Assembly (NCBI GenBank): GCA_964510165.1
Contig: CAZEBC010000005.1
Coordinates: forward strand, 40,738-54,116
From: an uncultured bacterium
GTDB lineage: Bacteria; Abyssobacteria; SURF-5
Reading direction: 5' to 3'
DNA: 13,379 nt
The position numbers were made by a program, and so were the translations under genes. The notes beneath the pieces are model-generated. The model was given only the letters and a program-made list of their open reading frames with translations, made no database searches and had not been told where the DNA came from. Shown one piece after another: positions 1-7,245 of this stretch; the stretch's first letter is position 1, and every line of letters starts with the position of its first letter.

Positions 1-3
1 ATG

Positions 4-1479
4 TCAACGCGCGCCCGCGTGCCGGGCGGCGCGGGAGAGCACGTATTCGTACAGGCTGAGATACCTGGCCGCCGAGAGGTCCCAGGAGAAATCGGCGCTC
101 ATCCCATTCCTGACCATTCGGAACCAGTCGCTCTTTCGGTGGTTGTAGAAATGGATCGCCCGTCCCAGTGCATGGGCGAGCGCTTCAGGGGTCGGCTCGA
201 AGAACTTGAACCCGACGCCCTCTCCGGTGGCCGGATTGTACTCGATAACGGTGTCATCGAGTCCGCCGGTCGCGCGCACCACGGGAACCGTTCCATAGCG
301 CATGCTGAACATCTGATTGTGCCCGCACGGTTCGTAAAGCGACGGCATCACGAAGATGTCTGCGCCGGCCTCAACCTGATGCACCACGGAGGTGTTGTAT
401 GATATGTGGTCGCCGACGATTGCCGCCAGTTTCCCCCTGTAGCGGCTCTCAAGTTCGCGCGCTCGCCGCTCGGCTGAAGGGTGCCCCGAGCCGACAAGCA
501 CGAATTGCGCCTCGATATGCTCAAGCGCGTGTACGATCGGGTCAATAAGGTGCATGCCTTTCTGCTCGGTCAGCCTCATGATCGCCGCCAGCAGCGGCAC
601 GTCCTCTCTCACCTGGAATCCCAACTGCCTTTGCACATGCGCCTTGCACGCGCGTTTGCCCGACAAGTCGGAGAGCGAGTATCTCTGCACGAGGCATGGG
701 TCTGTGGCAGGATTCCACTCGTGCACGTCAATGCCATTGAGGATGCCGAACAGGTCGGCGGCTCGATGCTGAAACACGCCCTCAAGGCCGTTGCCGGCGG
801 GGAAGCTCTTGATCTCCTCGCTGTAGCGAGGGCTCACCGTCGTGATGGCGTCCGAATGCAGCACGCCCGCCTTCAGGAAATTCATCTCGCCGTGGTGCTC
901 GAGACTTCCTGCCGCCTCAGGCGGCAGGCCGGTCTGCCAGAGCTTGTCGAGGCCGAAGCGGCCCTGGTAGCCCGCATTGTGAACGGTGAAGACGGTCGCT
1001 GTCGGTGGGTCGGCGCCATTGAATTCGCTCGTATGCAGGAACACCGGGATGAGTGCAGTATGCCAGTCGTTGCAATGGATGATATCAGGCCGGAAGCCGA
1101 GGATTCGGCAGAGTTCGAGCACCGCCCGCGAGAAGAATATGAACCGCTCGGCGTTGTCGGAGTAATCCCATCCGTTCTCCTGATATGGATGCGGCCTGTC
1201 GAAAAACCGCGGGTTATGCACAAAGAAGCAGGGAACCTCGCGCCTGCATTCCCAGACTTCGGCCCATTCCGCCTGGCCGCTTATGCGCACCTGCGTTCCG
1301 AGGCCGGTCTGGTTGATGCCGTGGGCTGAGACGTCAATGCAGTTGTACTTGGGAATCACCACGAACACTTCGGCCTTACCCGACCTTTGCAGGGCCTGCG
1401 GAAGCGAGCCGACAACGTCGGCCAGTCCGCCCGTCTTTACAAACGGAGCCGCTTCTGAAGCCGCGAAGAGCACTCTCAC
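4..1479 (-). CDS. glgA: Glycogen/starch synthase (GT5)
   Basis: N-terminus MRVLFAASEAAPFVKTGGLADV contains the KTGGL donor-binding motif. Also HCNDWHT, TVHNAGYQG, NFLKAG, TTVSPRYSEEI, GILNGID, RLTEQKG, MPSLYEPCG and RATGGLDDTV. Start moved from TTG 1485 to GTG 1479 because AAGGAG lies 8 nt upstream of the GTG but only 2 nt from the TTG. Confidence 0.95.
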   Translation of the reverse strand: MRVLFAASEAAPFVKTGGLADVVGSLPQALQRSGKAEVFVVIPKYNCIDVSAHGINQTGLGTQVRISGQAEWAEVWECRREVPCFFVHNPRFFDRPHPYQENGWDYSDNAERFIFFSRAVLELCRILGFRPDIIHCNDWHTALIPVFLHTSEFNGADPPTATVFTVHNAGYQGRFGLDKLWQTGLPPEAAGSLEHHGEMNFLKAGVLHSDAITTVSPRYSEEIKSFPAGNGLEGVFQHRAADLFGILNGIDVHEWNPATDPCLVQRYSLSDLSGKRACKAHVQRQLGFQVREDVPLLAAIMRLTEQKGMHLIDPIVHALEHIEAQFVLVGSGHPSAERRARELESRYRGKLAAIVGDHISYNTSVVHQVEAGADIFVMPSLYEPCGHNQMFSMRYGTVPVVRATGGLDDTVIEYNPATGEGVGFKFFEPTPEALAHALGRAIHFYNHRKSDWFRMVRNGMSADFSWDLSAARYLSLYEYVLSRAARHAGAR

Positions 1480-1480
1480 A

Positions 1481-1550
1481 GTCAAGTCTCCTTGTCCATA
1501 ATGTCATTCCCGCGAAAGCGGGAATCCATGACTGGCTTGGTCAAGTCTCC
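1481..1550. repeat. 11-bp direct repeat GTCAAGTCTCC flanking a 48-bp segment that contains the REP-like hairpin
   Basis: Exact copies at 1481-1491 and 1540-1550. Confidence 0.85.
1502..1532. repeat. REP-like palindrome (ATTCCC-N8-GGGAAT, dRS3/CGTC-REP-like), copy 1
   Basis: TGTCATTCCCGC-GAAA-GCGGGAATCCATGAC: 8-bp stem with a GAAA loop. A near-identical copy is at 8611-8637. Confidence 0.85.
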
Positions 1551-3131
1551 CTATGCCGCCTGCCAGAACTCCATCTTGACTTCCGGGAAAATCCAGTCTT
1601 CCATATGGTAGCGCTGCAACACCGAACAGAGGTCGGGCGGAAGTTTCCCCTCCGCACAGTAGCGGCGGGCGAGGTTGAGCAGGGTGTCGAAATGCTCGCA
1701 GTGCTTCTTTATCTGCTCAAGCGCGATGTTGGGCGTGTTGCCGGTGGTGAGCATGAATAGCCAATCCGATGATTGCAGCAGCAGCATCTCGCGCGCCGCC
1801 TGGGTGAGGATGGCGGCGCCTAGTTCGCTTTGGCTGAACTTCGAATGCGCGCACGACAGGCGCTCCATGTTCTGCTCGCAGGCGTGAATGACTTCCCACA
1901 TGTCTCTCGCGTCGCCGCGAAGCCAGTTCTCATGCGCTCCGATATCGCTCCATGACGATTCGACGATCCTCACGTCCGGGTCGGCCGGCGTCCGCTCGAT
2001 GAATTCCGATGCGGTCGCCATGCCAATGTTCGGGTTTGCATGAATCCGTTCAATCAACGAGCACAGCCATTCGACGCCCTCGAACCACCAATGTCCGAAC
2101 AGCTCCGCGTCAAAGGCTGTCACGATGCCCTCCGGCCGTCCCACCCGTCCGTAGTTGTCCTCGAGCGCCCGCGCGAGCATTTCGCAATAGTGACGCGCAT
2201 GCTCTTCCTTGCGGTCGTCGAACGCCGTATCAACACGGTAAACCTGTTTCTGTGACATGTCCAGATTGCGGTCCGTCACCCTCCAGTATCTCAGGCCGCT
2301 CGGAAGATGCTTCTTGTGAAAATCAAGGTAATGCGGGTCTCCCGGATAGCCAATGGAATGGTCCCAGACTTGAGAGCACATCTCGAAGTTGCGGGAGAGA
2401 ACCATCAGGTTTGTGCCGCGCGAGGTTCGGAGCAAGTGCGGCCTGAACGGCGTGCGGTGGCCGTTGCAGGCGCCGCCATTGAGCTGGCGGCTGTCTATGA
2501 TGAAGAAGCGGATGCCCTCCTGCTCCAGGTAGTCTTCCAGCCCCGGCCGATAAGCGCACTCCGGCAGCCAGAATCCGACAGGCCTTTGACCGAAGCGGCG
2601 TTCATACGTCTCAACGCCGACGCCGATTTGTGCGCGTATGCTCGAGGGGCGGCTCAGCAGGGGCATGAAGGCGTGCGTCGCTGATGACGTGATGACCTCG
2701 ATGTGTCTCTGCTCCTGGAGCCTGCGTAGCGCCCCGATGATATCCTGGTTGAGGAATTTCTCGAACGAGTACAGGATTGACCAGTAATATTCCTCCCATC
2801 GCCTCGCCAGGAAACTGATCTCAGGCTCGCTGTTGCGGAACGAGAGCGCGTCGTTGAAGGCCGACTGCATTTTCCGCCGCAGGTACGCGATGAACGATTC
2901 TCGGAACTGGTCGGATGAGAGTTGCTCGGCAAGCGGCGGCGTCACGCCCAGCGTCAGCCTGGGCGAGCGTCCCTGGGCGACCAGTCGGTTGATTATGTTA
3001 AGCAAAGGGATGTAGCTCTCGGCGGTCGCCTGATACAGCCATTCCTCGGCCATCGGGTCCGATTGAAACACAAACGGGATGTGCAGGTGAAGCACGCCCA
3101 CAAACCATCCCTTTGAAGCCGCCTGATGCAT
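1551..3131 (-). CDS. GH57 1,4-alpha-glucan branching enzyme family protein (DUF1957 C-terminus)
   Basis: HLHIPFV, EEWLYQATAESYIPLL, SATHAFMPLL, GFWLPECAY (nucleophile Glu), GYPGDPHYLDFHKK, GLRYWRVT, FDAELFGHWWFEG (acid/base Asp) and AREMLLLQSSDW. Confidence 0.92.
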   Translation of the reverse strand: MHQAASKGWFVGVLHLHIPFVFQSDPMAEEWLYQATAESYIPLLNIINRLVAQGRSPRLTLGVTPPLAEQLSSDQFRESFIAYLRRKMQSAFNDALSFRNSEPEISFLARRWEEYYWSILYSFEKFLNQDIIGALRRLQEQRHIEVITSSATHAFMPLLSRPSSIRAQIGVGVETYERRFGQRPVGFWLPECAYRPGLEDYLEQEGIRFFIIDSRQLNGGACNGHRTPFRPHLLRTSRGTNLMVLSRNFEMCSQVWDHSIGYPGDPHYLDFHKKHLPSGLRYWRVTDRNLDMSQKQVYRVDTAFDDRKEEHARHYCEMLARALEDNYGRVGRPEGIVTAFDAELFGHWWFEGVEWLCSLIERIHANPNIGMATASEFIERTPADPDVRIVESSWSDIGAHENWLRGDARDMWEVIHACEQNMERLSCAHSKFSQSELGAAILTQAAREMLLLQSSDWLFMLTTGNTPNIALEQIKKHCEHFDTLLNLARRYCAEGKLPPDLCSVLQRYHMEDWIFPEVKMEFWQAA

Positions 3132-3239
3132 TGCTCTTCACCAATGCTTGTCAACCGCTTACTTCCAGAAACATCATTCTCCGAGGTGTGCCGGCGCGGC
3201 ATGTCGCGCCCCCGGAGCGACTGAGACCGATTCCTTCAT

Positions 3240-4067
3240 CTATATGATGGTTCTTGCACTGAAGCCCAGCCGATAAACTTTGTTCGCCGTCTTCCAGCAC
3301 ATGTTTTCGGCATGCCGGGAATCGAGAGACTTGACCACATTCGCCCGATCAAAGTATTTGTCCTCGGGAAAGATACGGTCGCTGCCGAACATGAGCCGCT
3401 CGCTGCCGATCTTCTCGAGCAGGTAGCGCATCACGCCTGGCTCGCGCGAGCCTTCGGCCTCGTGAAGCTGAAGCCCCTCGAGTTCGACAAATACGTTGCT
3501 CCACATCCCGGCCAGAAGAGGCATCCGGCCGACGCTGCCCCCGCCCGCGTGCAGGCAGACTATCTTGAGGTTGGGAAATTGGGAGGCAAGCCTGGAGAAA
3601 TAGAGCAAATCGCTCGCCTCTTCCATGCGTGCATCGCCGCCCATGTGAAACTGGACCGGCAGCTTGCGGTCCGAGCAGTAACGGTACAGCGGAAAGAACT
3701 CCTTCTGCATCGGATGCTGGCCCAGATACGGGAAAATGGTCTTGACCGCCTTGACCAGATGAGGATACTTGCCGACTTCCCGCTTCAATTTTCGGAGTCC
3801 GTCGCGCGGCTCGCGCGAGTCAAATATGCACGCCGCAAAAAGGCGGTTCGGATTCCTGTCGGCGTACTTTGACAAGACACTCAGGTCACCCGCAAGAACC
3901 ACGATGGAGCAATCGACGCCAGCCCGGCCCATGTCGGTGAGCAGGCTGTCGAGAGGCTCTTCCATCTGGTCCGGAGAGAACTCCCTGAAAATCGCGTGTA
4001 TCCCCCTCTGCAAGAAATCTTGCTTGACACTGGACGGCACGCAATGAACATGCGCATCAATTAACAT
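3240..4067 (-). CDS. Amidohydrolase-2 family metal-dependent hydrolase (TIM barrel)
   Basis: IDAHVH (HxH), VQFHMG, FPNLKIVCLHAGG and RLMFGSD. GGAGG RBS lies about 6 nt upstream of the ATG. Confidence 0.88.
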   Translation of the reverse strand: MLIDAHVHCVPSSVKQDFLQRGIHAIFREFSPDQMEEPLDSLLTDMGRAGVDCSIVVLAGDLSVLSKYADRNPNRLFAACIFDSREPRDGLRKLKREVGKYPHLVKAVKTIFPYLGQHPMQKEFFPLYRYCSDRKLPVQFHMGGDARMEEASDLLYFSRLASQFPNLKIVCLHAGGGSVGRMPLLAGMWSNVFVELEGLQLHEAEGSREPGVMRYLLEKIGSERLMFGSDRIFPEDKYFDRANVVKSLDSRHAENMCWKTANKVYRLGFSARTII

Positions 4068-4098
4068 TCAGCCCTCCGCCTTCGCGCTCTCCAACGCT

Positions 4099-4857
4099 TC
4101 ATCCGCCCGCCGTATACGTCACATACCCCTCGAATATCTCGTCGCTGTCATTCAGCGGCCATCGCTCGGGACAGCGATAGGCATGAACTACGTGCCACCC
4201 CTGCGTGATCTGCGCGCCGCGCGGCGCCCACAGCCTCCCTCGGAAACGGCGCGGCAGCGGCAGCGGCTGCATCAGCATCCACTTCCCGCCTGCCCAGCGA
4301 AGCAGGTCGTCATACTCGTACACCCGTATGGACCGATATTCGCAGCCCTCTCCATACCGCTCCAGAAAGCGCGGGTCTTCGGTAGGAGTATAGGTCATGG
4401 CGTCAAGGTCGTTGATCGTCCAATGGGCGCACACGGCCAGAACCGTCCCGTACCAATCGGTGTATTCAACTTCCCACGAGACGATTTCTTCCACATAGGT
4501 GTCACTATAGTGGACCGAACCGTTCTGGTTTATCTCAAAGTAGTGATACAGAAGGAACTTATCCGAATGCAGCCCGAATTGGCCGTTCGAGAGGCCTTCG
4601 GGAATCTTTATGATCTTCTCGCGCATCCCCGGCGGGAGCGGCCTGACGGTGCGAGTTTCGCCACGACCCTCATGCGGCGACACTCTACCCTTTCCCTCCA
4701 CTCGCTCGGCGTAGGTGGACATTGTTCTCACCTGGCCGAAGCGCTCCCAATCCGGCGGCGCGCCATGTTGTCCCCATACGTAATGCAATTTCACTTCGTG
4801 TATGTCCGGCCATGGGTCATGCCATGTCTTCTTCATGTACCAGAACACGGCTTGCAT
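4099..4857 (-). CDS. Hypothetical Trp/Tyr-rich soluble protein
   Basis: 252-aa ORF co-oriented with the amidohydrolase and 31 bp upstream of it. A strong AAAGGAG abuts the ATG at 4857, so the true start may be GTG 4848 (9-nt spacing). No family recognised. Confidence 0.75.
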   Translation of the reverse strand: MQAVFWYMKKTWHDPWPDIHEVKLHYVWGQHGAPPDWERFGQVRTMSTYAERVEGKGRVSPHEGRGETRTVRPLPPGMREKIIKIPEGLSNGQFGLHSDKFLLYHYFEINQNGSVHYSDTYVEEIVSWEVEYTDWYGTVLAVCAHWTINDLDAMTYTPTEDPRFLERYGEGCEYRSIRVYEYDDLLRWAGGKWMLMQPLPLPRRFRGRLWAPRGAQITQGWHVVHAYRCPERWPLNDSDEIFEGYVTYTAGG

Positions 4858-4890
4858 CTCCTTTCGAAACTGCAGGGTTGCTCTTGTTTT

Positions 4891-4922
4891 CCCTCACCCC
4901 AACCCTCTTCCACTGGGAGAGG
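4891..4922. repeat. BoxC-like pyrimidine-tail palindrome
   Basis: CCCTCACCCCAAC followed by hairpin CCTCTTCC-ACT-GGGAGAGG. Matches from memory the widespread CCCTCACCC(C/T)AACCCTCTCCC-N-GGGAGAGG intergenic repeat. Confidence 0.7.
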
Positions 4923-4949
4923 ACAACGGAATTGCGGGCTGGAACCCTG

Positions 4950-4979
4950 CGCTACATCAAATTGCACCTTTTTTGTCAA
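4950..4979 (-). promoter_or_regulatory. Possible sigma70 promoter for the glucan cluster
   Basis: Perfect TTGACA at 4979-4974 on the minus strand, but only a poor -10 (TGTAGC at 17-nt spacing). Confidence 0.3.
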
Positions 4980-5105
4980 GAATTATGTCATTGGGGATGG
5001 ATTCAGGCAAGCCCTCATGCAAGTAGTTTCAAAGACACCACTTGCGAGCATTCCGGCCAGAATTTCGCAAGCGCGGGAAACGAGGCGCCGGGCCTTGCGC
5101 TCACG

Positions 5106-5135
5106 TTGACGCGCTTCGAAACGCTATGCTACAAT
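5106..5135 (+). promoter_or_regulatory. Sigma70 promoter for the two-component operon
   Basis: TTGACG (5106-5111), 18-nt spacer, TACAAT (5130-5135), with extended -10 TG at 5127-5128. Confidence 0.7.
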
Positions 5136-5172
5136 AAGAATGTGTATTCCAATGCAAGATGGTGTCCAATAC

Positions 5173-7245
5173 ATGATCTCACATGTGCGGAAGGCCGGAT
5201 GGCGGAGTGTTGTTCCCGTCTTAATAGTTTCCGCTCTAGTCGCCTTCTCCTTAGTCACATCGGCGGTCTCAGCGTCTGAAAAGGATGTTCTTCCCGAGGC
5301 AAGGGCAAGAGCGTCCCTGACAATAGCGGTTCACTCCAACTATCCGCCCTACCAGTACTACAGCTCTCTGCGGAATGAGTTCCAGGGATTTGACATTGAC
5401 ACGTTCAACGCGCTTGCAGCGAAAATCGGGGTCGAAGTCCAATACCGCCAGATGAGCAAGATCGAGGGGCTTTCCGCTCTGCAAGAAGGCTCGATTGACG
5501 GTGTCCTCGGCGTGGCCTACAGCATCGAGCGCGACGACTTGTTTGATTTCACCAGCCCCATCTGCACGATATCCGACGCCATCTTTGTCAAGGGTGACAC
5601 GCAGGGCATAAGCAGCATGGTTGACCTCGAGAACCGGACCGTGGCGGTCGTTCGGGGCGACTACATAGGCGACGTGCTTCGCAAGGGCAAGCGAATACAC
5701 ATAGTAGAGAACGATTCCTACGAAGACGGACTCAGGCTGTTGGACCGGGGCGACGTGGCGGCGTTCGCAGGGAACCAGTTGACGGGCAAGTATATCGTCA
5801 ACAGGCTGCGGCTCGACGACATCCGGATCGTGGGTTCCCCCATTCATCAGGTCGGCTACTGCATAGCGGTCCAGCAGGGCAACCACGACCTCACTTCCGA
5901 CCTTGAGAAAGCGCTGACCGCCATCAAGGAAAGCGGCGAGTACGACCGCATCTTCACCGCGTGGTTCGGAGAAGACCTGAGGCGAATCTCGCTGTTGAGA
6001 CAGGCCATCTACTGGTCGCTGGGCATTATCATCTTCATTCTTGGTTTTGCCGGTTGGCTGGTCAACCGCAGGCTGCGCCACAAAGTTGAGATAAGCAAGA
6101 GGGAGTTGGCCGAGAGCCGCACCAGGTTCCAGAGGAAGGCCGACGAATACATATCACTGTTCGAGGGCGCAAACGACGCCATCTTCATCCTCGACCCCAC
6201 CGACGGCCACTTTCTCGACGTGAACCGAAAGGCCGAGGAACTCACGGGCTATACCCGAAGCGAACTCCTGCAGATGCGCATGCGCGACATTCACCTTCCG
6301 CGCGACGCCGCCCGCGTGGACAAGCGCCTGTCGCAGATTCTGACGGAAGGCTCGGTCAGTTTCGACGACGCGCCGATGATGAGAAGCGACGGCTCGATCG
6401 CGCTGGTTGATATCAGCGCCAGCCTCATCGAATATTCAGGCCAGAAGCTGTGCCAGAGCTTCATGCGCGATGTGACGGAGCGGAAGATGCTTGAGCGCCA
6501 GCTCGTGCAAACCGAGAAGCTCGCGTCCATCGGCACGTTCACCGCCGGGCTTGCCCACGAGATTCGCAACCCGCTCAACTCGGCCAACCTTCAGCTCCTC
6601 CTGCTCGAACGGAGAATCCGCGACGGCGCGCGTTCATCGCCGGATGAAGCGATCCAGCTCATTAATATCGTGCGCGAGGAGGTCTCACGGCTTGACAACC
6701 TGGTCACCGAGTTCCTGTATTTTGCGAAGCCGTTGAATCTTGATTGTCATCCGACCAGTCTGCATCGGCTGCTGGACGACGTGTTTGCGCTGTTCCATGC
6801 CAGGATGGAGCAGAACGGCATCATCGTCGAGCGCGAGTACATGGACGCTCTGCCGATGCTCTCGCTCGACGCGGAAAAGATGAAACAGGCGCTCATCAAC
6901 GTGGTCCAGAACAGCATCGAGGCGATGCCGACCGGCGGCCGATTGAACGTGATGACCGAGGTGAAACAGAAAAGGGTCTTATTGACCATCGGGGACACCG
7001 GCATCGGGTTTCCGGAAAAAGACATCAACAAGGTGTTCGAGGTGTTCTATACGCACAAGGAAAAAGGGACCGGGCTGGGGCTGCCCATCTCGCTCCATAT
7101 CATCGAGATGCACGGAGGCACGATCGACCTGCAAAGCAAACAAGGACTCGGAACGACATGCACCATCAGTCTGCCCGTCGGCCCCGCGAAATATCATCCA
7201 AGGGAGAGCATCTTAAGTGACGCGAGCAACGATACTGGTAGTTGA
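5173..7245 (+). CDS. Sensor histidine kinase: family-3 solute-binding domain, TM, PAS, HisKA, HATPase
   Basis: Hydrophobic N-terminal signal/TM. SBP_bac_3 motifs NYPPYQY, GFDID and ERDDLFDFTSP. TM YWSLGIIIFILGFAGWLV. PAS segment DAIFILD..VNRKAEELTGY. H-box AGLAHEIRNPL, N-box INVVQNSIEAM, G boxes DTGIG and KGTGLGL. ATG 5140 overlaps the predicted transcription start, so ATG 5173 (GGTG 8 nt upstream) is preferred; 5152 is possible. Confidence 0.93.
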   Translation: MISHVRKAGWRSVVPVLIVSALVAFSLVTSAVSASEKDVLPEARARASLTIAVHSNYPPYQYYSSLRNEFQGFDIDTFNALAAKIGVEVQYRQMSKIEGLSALQEGSIDGVLGVAYSIERDDLFDFTSPICTISDAIFVKGDTQGISSMVDLENRTVAVVRGDYIGDVLRKGKRIHIVENDSYEDGLRLLDRGDVAAFAGNQLTGKYIVNRLRLDDIRIVGSPIHQVGYCIAVQQGNHDLTSDLEKALTAIKESGEYDRIFTAWFGEDLRRISLLRQAIYWSLGIIIFILGFAGWLVNRRLRHKVEISKRELAESRTRFQRKADEYISLFEGANDAIFILDPTDGHFLDVNRKAEELTGYTRSELLQMRMRDIHLPRDAARVDKRLSQILTEGSVSFDDAPMMRSDGSIALVDISASLIEYSGQKLCQSFMRDVTERKMLERQLVQTEKLASIGTFTAGLAHEIRNPLNSANLQLLLLERRIRDGARSSPDEAIQLINIVREEVSRLDNLVTEFLYFAKPLNLDCHPTSLHRLLDDVFALFHARMEQNGIIVEREYMDALPMLSLDAEKMKQALINVVQNSIEAMPTGGRLNVMTEVKQKRVLLTIGDTGIGFPEKDINKVFEVFYTHKEKGTGLGLPISLHIIEMHGGTIDLQSKQGLGTTCTISLPVGPAKYHPRESILSDASNDTGS

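Noticed and set aside
481-1329. Long antisense ORFs (also 5269-6081, 7166-8200, 9308-10132, 11823-12884)
   Set aside because: Shadow frames opposite well-supported genes, expected from GC-rich codon usage.
3132-3239. Minus-strand TTGACA upstream of the GH57 gene
   Set aside because: Only about 16 nt from the start codon, leaving no room for a -10 element and leader.
5054-5069. GG-N10-GC (CGGCCAGAATTTCGCA) as a sigma54 promoter for the kinase
   Set aside because: Poor match outside the dinucleotides, and a good sigma70 promoter lies just downstream.
4183-5109. 308-aa plus-strand ORF, and 4722-5279
   Set aside because: Antisense to the RBS-bearing 4099-4857 gene and runs through promoter and repeat DNA; no recognisable motifs.
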